Of a DNA stretch of 64,000 bases, positions 1 to 11,191 are shown piece by piece. The translations under genes and the position numbers were made by a program. Under the pieces are notes generated by a model. The model had not been told where the DNA came from. It saw nothing but the letters and a program-made list of their open reading frames with translations, and made no database searches. Every line of letters starts with the position of its first letter. Positions within the stretch are counted from its first letter, which is position 1. Origin of the DNA: Euprymna scolopes (Eukaryota); assembly GCA_053919585.1 (NCBI GenBank), contig CM132815.1, one strand, 5' to 3'.

Positions 1-2208
1 CAATATATAACATTTTAATGACTGCCAAACTCAATATATAACATTTTGAACGGACGACAAATTCAATATTCAACATTTTAATGGCTTCCAAAATACAATA
101 TATAACATTTAATGGCTGCCAAACTAAATGTTCAACATTTTTAATGACTACCAAGCTCAATATATAACACATTAATAAACGGAAAAACTTAGATAACATT
201 TTTAATGGGGGATCAAACTCAATGGATAACAGTTTTAATGTTGACAAACACAGTATTCTACATTTTTAATGGTTGTCAACCTCAATATATCACATTTGTA
301 TTGGCAGGCACACTCAATATTCAACATTCTTAATGGCTGCCAAACTAAGAATATAATATTTTTAATAGCTAGCATACTCAATATAAAGATTTTTAATAGC
401 TGTCAAACTCAATATATAACATTTTTAATGGCTGCAAACTCAATATTCAACATTTTAATCGCTATAAAACTCAATATATAAAATGTTTAATAAACAAAAA
501 AAACTATATGTAACATTTTTAATGGTTCACAAACTCAATATGTAACATTTTTAATGGTTGACAAACTCAATATTCAATATTTTTAATACCTGCTAACACC
601 AATATAGAAAATATTAAATGACTGTCAAAGTCAATATTCAACATTTTTATGGCTGCCAATCTCAATGTATAACATATTTAATGGCTACCAAACTCAATAT
701 TCAACAATTTTAATGGCTGACAAACTCAATATATAACATTTTTTTATGGCTGATTAACTTGATATCCAACATCTTTATTGGCTAATAAACTCAATATATA
801 ACGTTTTTAATGGCTATCAAACTCAATATATCACACTTTTAATGGACGATAAACTGAATATTAAACATTTTAATGGCTGCCAATCTCTACATGTAACATT
901 TGTATTGGCTGCTAACTTCAATACGTAACATTTGTAATACCTGTCAAACTCAATATATTACATTTTAATGGTTGAAAAACTCAATATTCGACATTTGTAA
1001 TGGCTGCCAACTTCAATTTATAACATTTTAAATGTCTGGCTAACTCTATATTCACATTTTAATGGCTGCCAAACTGAATATAAAACATTTTTAATGTGTA
1101 TCAAACTCAATATATAACATTTCAATGGCTTTAAAACTCATATATAACATTTTATGTTTGGCAAACTGGATATATAACATTTTTAATTGCTGCCAAATAC
1201 AATATATGACAGTTGTAAGTGTTGACAAACTCAATATTTCACATTTTTAATGGTTTCAAAACTCAATTTACAACATTTAAAATGGCTGCCATACTCAATA
1301 GACAAAATTTTTAATGGCTACCCAACTTAATATATAACATTTAAAATGACAGTCAAACCCATATATTAAATTTTTAATGGCTGTCAAACTCAATACATAA
1401 CATTTTTAATGTCTATCAAACTCAATGAAAACGTTTTTAATGGCTATCAAACTCCATATAAAACCTTTATTTGTTGGCAAACTCAATATTACACATTTTT
1501 AATAGCTACCATACTCAATATACAAAATTTTTAATGGCTACAAAACTCAATAGTTAACATTTTTAATGGCTGTAAACTCAACAGACAACATTTTTAATTT
1601 ATGCCAACATCAATATATAACATTTTTGTAGCTGCCAAAAGCAATATATAAAATTTTTAATTGCTTCCATATCCAATATACAAAACTTTTAATGGCTACC
1701 AAACTCAATATATAACATTTTTGGTGCCTGCCAAACGCAATATTCAACATTTTAAGTTGCCAAACTTATATATAACTTTTTTAATGGACGACAAATTCAA
1801 TATATAACATTTGTATTGGCTGTCAAACTCAATATATTACATTTTTAATAGCTAACAAACTTAATATCTAACATTTTCAATGTTGGACAAACTCAATATT
1901 CAACATTTTGAATGGCTGACAAACTCAATATACAACAGTTTTAATGGCTACCAAACTCAATATATAACATTTTAATGGATGAAAAACTCAATGTATAACA
2001 TTTTTAATGGCTGTTTAACTCAATATATATCTATTTTAATGGTTGACAAACTCAATACATAACATTTTAATGGGTGCTAAACTTAATATATAACATTTTT
2101 TATGGTTGACAAAATCAATATTTAATATTTTAATGGCTGTTAAACTCAATATATAATATTTTGAATGATTTACAAACTCAATATATAACTTTTTAATGGA
2201 CGACAAAC
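1..2208. repeat. Satellite array, 31-32 bp unit (consensus ~AAACTCAATATATAACATTTTTAATGGCTGCC), about 70 diverged copies; runs off the window start
   Basis: Continuous tandem recurrence of AAACTCAATAT..AACATTTT..AATGGCT; ORF 269-481 is a translation of the repeat. Confidence 0.95.
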
Positions 2209-2523
2209 TGTGGCGAAAATTGTGGGAACACAGGCTTAACTCTTAAACGGCCTGGGTCTGCGTTTTGCCGATGCAGCGTCATGATGCTGAAAAGGGTCCA
2301 AGATGGCGCCTACAGCCTTATATAACAATGCAGTCTCTCAGAATCTCGTGTGCTCTTGCACACATATGCAAATATACAAATTTGGAGGACTCTGTTTTTT
2401 ATAAAAACAGGCCACTGAAGCAGATGAGACAGACATGAAAACGAGTCTACAGAAAGTCCCGACGAACGACGCTGCTGCAGTAAGCTGAGGTTTTGTGTAC
2501 TCTTTTTTTTCTTTGCAACGACA
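2209..2523 (+). repeat. 5' LTR of the Gypsy element
   Basis: Starts TGTGGCGAAAA, ends TGCAACGACA; aligns with 6105-6410 at roughly 89% over the first ~165 bp (hand count). Confidence 0.92.
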
Positions 2524-2548
2524 AGCTATCTCAGCGTAATTTTTTACC

Positions 2549-3253
2549 ATGTAAAGCTTCAACCTGAAGCTGATACTAGAGTTTGAATGGCTGAAGAAGG
2601 CCGAGCGCATTTGCCGGTTGCGCAAAATTAAGGATCCTGCTATGGTCATTCCATTGAGGCTCACTAAGGGGGTTTATGCCATGTACCAGCAGCTCGGGGA
2701 TGAGACGACAATGGAGCAGATAAAAAAAGCATTGTACGGAGCATTTGGTGCGGACCCTTTTGTTACCTGGAGGCAATTCTCTGAACGTCGGCTTGGGTTA
2801 GGGGAGACTGCGGACGTCTACCTGGCCGACCTGAAGAAGATTGCTGCTCCCTTTGGCAGTGAAAGCGATCGAATATTGACATGCGCCTTTTTGTCTGGGC
2901 TCCCGGATGACGCCAGTCGGCTGTTGCGGGCGTCGTCGAAGCTCAATGAGCTTGGGTTGGAGGAGTTGTTGACTATAGCCTGAAACATCCTAAAAGACGA
3001 TGTGGAGCAGGTCTCGGCAGCGGTTGACGCACTGGAATCGCCTACAGAGAGCCCTTGGTGCTACAAATGCGGCGGCCCCAACCACTTCGCCAGAGACTGC
3101 AGAAGTGATGTGAAGCGCACCCCGGACTATGGAGCACGGAAACGAGGATGTTGTCACCGATGCGAGAAGCCAGGCCACGTAGCACGAAATTGTCTGGGAA
3201 ATGAGCAAGGGGAGAAAGCCGTGGCGCCAGCACCCTCCCCAAAGCAACACTGA
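2549..3253 (+). pseudogene. gag: Gypsy gag with two CCHC zinc knuckles, broken by stop codons
   Basis: ATG at 2549 is in frame with ORFs 2618-2983 and 3002-3253; CYKCGGPNHFARDC and CHRCEKPGHVARNC. Confidence 0.88.
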
Positions 3254-5870
3254 ACAAAGCGCTTCCTGTAGTGACAGTGCGAGTTGATGGGTGTAAGCGC
3301 TCAGCGCTGGTTGACACCGGATGCACCCAAACCCTCATACACAAGAAATGTTGCACCGCATGGACGAAACAGAAGGTCCCAGTATTAACCGTTGGTGGAG
3401 GCTCGCTGGTGTGTTGTGGGGTGAGCATTGTCCATATAAGCGTTGGCGATGCTCCCCCCGGTGGCTGTGAAGGCGTTGGTGATCGACAGGGAACTTCTTG
3501 GATACAACCTTCTCCTTGGAATGGACACTATTACACAGCTGGGTGGAATCACCGTGGACGGCGCCAGTGACGTGAGGTTTTCCCAATGCAAGGAACAGGT
3601 CTGCGCGGCAATCATTTTTGATGAACCTGACTTCTACACGGAATACAACAAGGGCACAAACGCATGAACCGCGTCCTGGAAGTGGTCGGGCGACCAGCCA
3701 CCAGTGTTCTTGCAGAATCGGCTGATGGAGTATCCCCCTCCCACGTGGATCAGGGGGGCAGTACGAGGCAGAATTCCAGGTTTGGATGAATAATGGTTGG
3801 CTGGTTCCATACCAAGAGGATGAGCTCGGGCCACCAAGGGGGGGGGGCTGATCCCCCTGATGGCCGTCAGGTAAGAGAATAGACAGAAGGTGCACCCGTC
3901 CTGGATTACCGAGAACTCAATGAACACGTCAACCCACACACGGCGGGGGCTGACGTCTGAAACTGAGGGAGTGGTAGCAGCAGGGGGCGTACACAGCAAT
4001 CCTGGACTTGCGAAGAGCCTACCTGCAGATATGTGTCGAAAAATCACTGATGCCGTTCCAGACGGTCGAGATTAAAGGGACTCGCTATTGTTTGACCAGG
4101 CTGGGGTTCGGCCTGAATGTGGCCCCGAACATTATGACAGCGATTCTGCAGGCGATCTAGCGTCATGATGAAGCCGTGCAATAAGCGACATCGTCGTATA
4201 TTGACATTTTCGTGAACAAGAGCCTCATGTTTGCCCAGGCGGTGAAAGAACCCTTTGAGAGCTTCGAACTGTCGTGCAGTGCACCTGCAAGATGGAGCGA
4301 AAGTTCTTGGCTTGCATATGAGCGGCAGCGCACATGGATTTGCTGGGGAAGAAGTGGTGACATCCCGGAAGTTCCATCCAACATCATGCGTCGGAGCGTT
4401 TTTAGCATCTGCGGAAAACTGGTGGGCCACTTCCGTGTGTGTTGGTGGCTCCGGGTGGCGGCCATAAAACGATGTGTGACTTCCATATCAACGGGATGAA
4501 CGATAAGGTGCACAATCCCGCCCCGCGAAGCATGTTGGTGGAAGCTATGGCCAGAGTGACCGAGGACGAGCCCATGCGAGGGAGCTGGTGCATCGACGGG
4601 AGTGAGTTTACAGTTTGGGCGGATGTCAGTTCACTCGCCCTTGGCATTGCTCTGGCAGTCGACGGATTTATCGTAGAAGATGCCTGCTGGCTTTGGCCAG
4701 AAAATGACGCCGGGCATATAAACCTGGCTGAGCTTGATGCTACATTCAAAGGGGTAAGTCTGGTGCTTCAGTGGCAGGCCAGAGTGCTACACATTCATTG
4801 TCACAGACTCTACATGTGTGCATCGGTGGATAACCGATGCCTTGAGTGGGAAAGCACAGTTGACAATGAACGCATCGGCCGAACTGCTAATACGGAGACG
4901 ACTTGCTACCCTGACCGAGATCATCAAGGAATTCAACCTGGCCGTAGATGTGACATTAGTGCAGTCCTCTCAGAATCGTGCGGATCGCCTGACCAGAATG
5001 CCACGCCATTGGCTGGACCTGCCGAAAGAAGTGGATGAGCCGGCACCTGTGAATTGTGCTACGGTGGGGCATAGGTTTAGCCTGGGCCATGATGTCCATT
5101 GCCAAAGCAGGCACCCCGGTGTAAACCGAACCCTTTACTTCACCAGGCTGGTCGACCCCTATGTATCAAAGAGAGACGTGAAATCTGTTGTGAGGAGCTG
5201 CACCTGTCCGGTGGAAGAAGAGAAAACTGAGTGTGAGAGGAAATTGGAACAAGCTCGCAATGGACGTAACTCACCACAATGGTGGGCATTTCTTGACGCT
5301 CATCAGTTGCAGACCGTCTAGATCTACATTGTGGCGGCCCCTTCGCTGCCAGGACTCGGCCGCCGTTGTCTGTGAGCTAGAAAGTGTCTTCTTCGAGTGT
5401 GGTCCCCCTTCTAAGATGCTGACCGACAATGGCACCACCTTTATTAGCGAGCAGTTCAAACAGTTCACAGACAGCTGGGTATACATCTGCGATTTCGGTG
5501 CGCCCATGTGTCTAGCAGAAATGGAATTATTGAGAGAAACCATAGGACCGTCAAGACAATCACAGCTAGGAAGGGGTGTACAGTGCCTGATGCGGTCTAT
5601 TGGTATAACATCACCCCTAAGGACGACATTTCACCCTCTACTGCGCCAGCTGAAGCACTGCACAGGTACTACATCAGGGCGAGAGGCATGGAGACCAGCC
5701 CACTGCCCGAGCTGGAGGCGACGAGGGAGAGTATCAAAGAGGGGGATGTAGTCTAACTTAAGAACCCCCACGGCAAGTGCACCACACGCTACATAACCGG
5801 GCATGTTACTGTGGTGATCAGCCTGCAATTGGTGCAGGTTGACGGGGTGCCCTGTCACATCAAGGATCTT
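3254..5870 (+). pseudogene. pol: Gypsy pol (protease, RT, RNase H, integrase), frameshifted
   Basis: Protease ALVDTGCTQT; RT-like FGLNVAPNIM near 4105-4135; RNase H WADVSSLALG...INLAELDA; integrase HCQSRHPG, LTDNGTTF, NGIIERNHRTVK. Confidence 0.88.
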
Positions 5871-6104
5871 CAATCGACATCACAAGCGCAGCTACCACTC
5901 GGCGATGAGAGCGAGACTAGATCCAAGAATAGTGAACCCTCATTCTGGGTTACGCCGACTTTGTCGGACAGCGACCCTAAGATTAGCAGCCTTAAATTCA
6001 CCGACCCTGAAACCGAGGACGAAAGCACAGGCGAGGACAAAGCACCCGAAGAAAAAGGTCACCGCGTCCCTGCCCTCTCTGTGATGGTGATATGAGGGGG
6101 GGAG

Positions 6105-6410
6105 TGTGACGAAAACTGTGGGAACGCAGGCTTACCTCTTAAACGGCCTCGGTCTGCACTTTGCCGACGCAGCGTCATGATGCTGAAAAGGGCCCAAGAT
6201 GGCGCCTGCGACCTTATATAAAAATGCAGTCTCGCAGAATGTCATGTGCTCTCGCGCACATATGCAAATTTGGAGGACTCTGTCTTTTATAAAAACAGGC
6301 CACTGGAGCACATGGGGCAGACCTGAAAACGAGTCTACGGAAAGTAACGACGGACGACGTTGCTGCAGTGAGCTGAGGTTTTGTGTACTCTTTTTTTCTT
6401 TGCAACAACA
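6105..6410 (+). repeat. 3' LTR of the Gypsy element
   Basis: Starts TGTGACGAAAA directly after the PPT, ends TGCAACAACA, followed by TSD CAAAC. Confidence 0.92.
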
Positions 6411-6620
6411 CAAACTCAATATATATAATTTTTAATGGTTGACAAACTCAATAATTAACATTTTAATAGTTGCTAAACTATATATATGACATTTTTAATG
6501 GCTGCCAAACTCAATATCTAACATTTTTAATAGCTACCAACCTACCTCAATATATAACATTTGTAATGGCGGTCAACCTCAATATATAACATTTTAATGG
6601 ACGGCAATTTCAATATATAA
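6411..6620. repeat. Continuation and end of the 31-32 bp satellite
   Basis: Same unit resumes in register after the TSD (CAAAC TCAATATAT...). Confidence 0.9.
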
Positions 6621-7196
6621 TAGTTTTATATTTGCATTTTTGACAAGTGTAAAGGTAACAATGTTAGCAATAGTAAATAAACATTTTATTAACTAGTATG
6701 AATGTTGGCGAGGGTAATATTAAGTAAATGTCAGGATATCCTGGCGGCAAACAGAAATAGACATGACTGGCATGACTGAAGCAGGATATCGAATAATATT
6801 ACAGAGGGTTGGGGGAGCAGAACAGAGTTTCGCATCAAAGTTGAGAAGTGTCTGATAATGTAGAGGGAATCTAAATGGGTTGCGACGAAACTCTGTCCAT
6901 ACATCGCTCATATTAAGACTAAGTTAGAAAAGCAAGAAATAATTAGAGCAGCGGGTGTTAAAAAAATTAGGTTCCTAAACAAAACACTCTGGAAATGCAG
7001 GTGTAGAAATATAGGTGATGACGTCACGCCTTCGAGGGGAGAAACAAAAGGATTTATAAGAGTTGGAGTCGGAATATGTGATAGACAAGATGCGCCCGAT
7101 AGAGTAGAAATCTATGTGAATATTGCCTCGGGACTCTGCCCGTGCGTCGCCATCTTAAGACTAAGCTAGAAAAACAGTTAAGAAGTTGTTAAAATA

Positions 7197-9150
7197 TGTT
7201 TTACTATAATAAGGGTATGACACCAATGTATTCAACGTTCGTTTTTATAACCACAGTTATAATAACCAACCAATCAGAAGCTTCAAATGTTACTATAAAA
7301 ATGTCGAGTTTGGATTCAATCAGTTTGCCGTCGTCTCTGTCGCGAACCTGCATTTGATTCTTCGCTGCCATCTTTGTTATTAGGAATTACTAAACATCCA
7401 AGATCGAAACTGCGTTTGATTCTTCGCCACCATCTTTGTTACGAGGAATTACTTAACACCAAGCTTGGGACTACATTAATTCTTCGCCGATTTGATTTGC
7501 TGCCGCCATCTTTGTTCAACATAATGTCTCAAAACTTTACAGGTTGTGCGCCCAGCTATCGTCTTTTCTTTGATGGATCGGAATCTAAATTCGAATTGTG
7601 GCAGGTAACATTTCTGGGGTATTTAAGGATTCGGAAACTACACAAAGTTATACAATCTCCAACAGAGAATCCTAACGACCCCGAATTTCTCGAAAAGAAC
7701 GCGATTGTTTTTGCAGAACTGATTCAATACTTAGATGATAGAAGTCTATCTCTGACCATAAGAGATGCCTTGAATGATGGACGGAAAGCATTGAACATAT
7801 TAAGAGAGCATTATTTATCGAATGGGAAACCGAAAAGTATATATCTATATACAGAACTAACGGCTCTAAAACGTAACGAGGATAAAACTATTACCGACTA
7901 CGTTATAAGGGCAGAAACAACCGCCAATGCCTTAAAACTCTCGGGTGAAATAATAAGCAATAGCCTGTTAATATCAATGACCCTCAAGGGACTGAAACCC
8001 ATACATTTCAGTGAATTTAAAGTGGCATTGCACAGCTACGAAGAGACTAATCGTATGCTCGTGGACAATAATAACTCCAGCAATATTATGAAGTTCAAAA
8101 ATGCTTCTCGAAAACAGACACCGCCAAATTGCGCAACTCACCGCAATGTGTTCCCCAAAAGTAATTTTTCCAAGAAAAAGAATAAAATTATCTGCTATAA
8201 TTGTGGACGACCCAACCACAAAAGTTTCCAATGTCGATATAAAAGCTCAAAAATGGACTCCATGAAAAACGTTGAGAACTTTGATGAAGAACATACATTT
8301 CTATTCACATGTAACTTTGACAATACGACAAACAGTACAAATCTTCTTGTAGACTCTGGCGCTACAGCACACGTTAACACAAAGGATTCTGATTTTTTTT
8401 ATTTTGATTCAAACTTTAATCCAGAGAGTCATTTCGTCAAACTGGCCGACGGTAGTCAAATAAACGATATAGTCTTGAAAAGAGGCGATGCTAAAATATC
8501 ACTAAAAAATAATAATGGTGGAATTTGTAACTGTATTCTATAAAATGCTCTTTTCATACCTACATTTTAGGAAGACATATTTCTCGTGCAGGCCGTCATT
8601 AAACAAGGCGCGAATATAAAGTTTGACCAAAACAAGTCAAAATTGATATACCCTAATGGAACTGTATTTGACATTAAAGAAAATGGACGACTATATTATT
8701 TAAAAAGTATGGTTTCCTCAAAAACTGCCCGTCACTACTTGAAAACCTGGCATAAAATTCTAGGACACTGCAATACACTGATATTAAAAAATTACCAAAT
8801 GTAATCGAAAACATGAAAATAATACCTTCAGACGATCTCCCAAATTGTGATCTTTGTAGATTACGATAAAAACAGTCCAGCATATTTAATCTACTTGACA
8901 AAAATGCCACAAAAAAGGTTAGATGTGTAAAAATCAATGATTCATTAAATTTAAAAAAAATAATGAACCAGTGGACTAAAAACGTGAGGAAATATTACCT
9001 AGTATCTTAATCGGTCATCACGATGAAAATATTAATACTGACGACAATTGCGGTAAAACTATTGACGTAAATATTAACCCGATACGTCGATACTTGATAA
9101 GGGAGCGAAAAATCCAGACTTCTGAAAAATTGAAAAGATACAAGACTACG
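7197..9150 (+). mobile_element. Ty1/Copia remnant: putative 5' LTR, PBS, gag-protease and pre-integrase region; integrase core deleted, no RT
   Basis: PBS-like GGTTGTGCGCCCAG (7542-7555, cf. copia GGTTATGGGCCCAG) right after ...TTTACA; CCHC CYNCGRPNHKSFQC; protease LLVDSGATAH; WHKILGHCN; RRYLIRERK tail motif near 9085-9110. LTR start uncertain (TG at 7197 or 7288). Confidence 0.85.
7524..8543 (+). pseudogene. gag: Copia gag-protease ORF (stop at 8543; degenerate continuation to about 8870)
   Basis: MSQNFTGCAPSYRLFFDGSESKFELWQ...ELIQYLDDRSLSL...DGRKALNILREHY, typical of animal Copia gag. Confidence 0.82.
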
Positions 9151-9303
9151 AGTGGATTACTGTTACTCATTTTCGTTTTTAGGGGCAAATAATCTGCTTT
9201 CTGATTTTTGTAGTAACAAAAAGGAAATTTTTTGAACGAATTTTCAATAAAAATAGAATAGAAAATGCTTTTTCCCAGCGTGTTTATAAACAGTTTATGT
9301 TTA

Positions 9304-9331
9304 TCTATATATATAAATTGAAAATGTGTAT

Positions 9332-9387
<56 letters not shown>

Positions 9388-10254
9388 ATTTCCCTACCAA
9401 ATAACTCTGTAAATTTTCGGTCTAAAGACTCGAGATTTGACATCAGGAGTAATGCGATTTGACATCAGGAGTAATGAGATTTGACAAAATCTTTTTAATC
9501 GGTTTTCGGCCAGAAATTTGGCTGTCAAGGGATTAAAGTTCAACAATTTGATCTTTGAGCCTAAACACTTGAAATTTTTAATGTATGGTACTTTGACATG
9601 AATCAAACTTTATAATTTGTATTTGAGCTCCAAAAAATAAATTTTAAGGGGTCTAAATTGGGGGCAAAGTACAAAAAAAAAACATTTGACCCCTGCGGTC
9701 TACCAAATTACTCAGCCAATTTCTGGTCTAAGCATTCGAAAACTTGGTCTGCCAGGGGGTCAACTATAAAAAGATTTGATCTTTGCGGTCTCTAGCAAAC
9801 TACTCAGCTAATTTTGGGTCTAAAAATTTATAATTTATACAAAACAAGTATTCAGACACGCGGCAAGCATTTTAATCAGTTTTGGGGCGAAAATTTAGCT
9901 GCCAAAAGGTCAAAGTTGACCTTTGCAGATTCTACTAAATTTCTCCGGTCTAAAAACTTGAAATTTGGGTCTAAAAACTTGACATTTTTTTTTTAGGTCT
10001 AAAAACTTGAAATTTTAGATGTAGGTAACTTGGACATGAGTAAAACATTTTCTTTTGATTTGAGACCCAAATAATAAATGTTAAGGGTTCAAAATTGGGG
10101 TCAAAGTTAAAAAAAGAAGATTGACCTCTGCGGTCTCTACGAAATCAGATAGTTTTTGGTCTAAACATTTGAAATCTTACATAAAGTGTATTTACACATA
10201 GGGCAAGTTTTGAACAGTACATAGGGCCCGAGCAAAGCCGGGCTGAACGACTAG
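9304..10254 (+). mobile_element. Non-autonomous Helitron carrying a (GT)n microsatellite
   Basis: 5' TCTATATATATAAA after an A; (GT)n at 9325-9386; 3' hairpin GCCCG-AGCAAAGC-CGGGC then CTAG (10251-10254) followed by T; A|T target and no TSD. Confidence 0.85.
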
Positions 10255-11005
10255 TATTCTATATTTTCTATTTCAAGATGCTTCTAATTGCCGCCACTTT
10301 TTCAGCTTCATAATTGGGGTTCGCGTGCCTTTCCATCTTAATAAATAAAAAATAAAAATAAAGCGTGCAAATACCAGCTAGCGCTATCTCGATAACACAA
10401 CATGAGGATGGTCTTTTTACTTTTACTTCCGAGATAAACAAGACCAACAAAACTTAAGAACTTTTTCTCTGGTGAGGGATTTTTAAATCCGAAATTTATT
10501 AGAAAAAAAAAAGAAAAAATGTTTTCGGATTTATAAGCGTGTTTTTAAAACAATTTATCTTTTTATTATATATTTTTCATTTCAAGATTACTTGCTGACA
10601 CTTTTTCGATTACATACATATGTGAGTGTGCGGGTGTGCGTGTGCGTGTGCGTGTGTGTATATGTGTGTGTGCACGTTTTAAAACACAGCGTAAATCATA
10701 AATCTATGACGTCACGTCAAAAGCTTAGTCCGTAGAATATAAAACTAAACATATCAAGGTCTCGATTGGCCTTCGGGACAAGATCAAAGTGTAGTATCTG
10801 TTCTTCAGATGCTGCACTTCTATTTCTTGTTCTCTTTCGTTGGAGGAGAAATCCTTCACGATTGAGACAATTTTTATTTTTGTACCTTTTCTCCACGTTA
10901 AAAAAGACCCTGGTGTCTAACTCTGTCCCGTGGAGAGGCATAGTAAATAGGTACTTTATTTATTTATTTATTTATTTATTTATTATTATTATCATCATCA
11001 TCATC

Positions 11006-11036
<31 letters not shown>

Positions 11037-11191
11037 AGTTTATTTTCTGAAAAAGTAGTTAAGATCTTTGATATTTCGAAATGAGACAACATACGCAATG
11101 TATTTATTAGATTATTTGGAAAAAGTGACTAACAAACAGAGGAATACACACGCACACAAAAACAGAAATTATTATTATTATTATTATTATT

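Larger units (their letters stand above)
2209..6410 (+). mobile_element. Full-length but decayed Ty3/Gypsy LTR retrotransposon (4.2 kb) inserted in the satellite
   Basis: TG...CA LTRs at 2209-2523 and 6105-6410; 5-bp TSD CAAAC (2204-2208 and 6411-6415); polypurine tract GAGGGGGGGAG before the 3' LTR; domain order gag-PR-RT-RH-IN. Confidence 0.95.

Noticed and set aside
1-2208. Regular ~31-bp repeats as a CRISPR array
   Set aside because: No unique spacers, no cas genes and a eukaryotic context; this is a tandem satellite
2990-5873. Minus-strand ORFs inside the Gypsy element
   Set aside because: Antisense shadows of GC-rich gag-pol sequence with no recognisable domains
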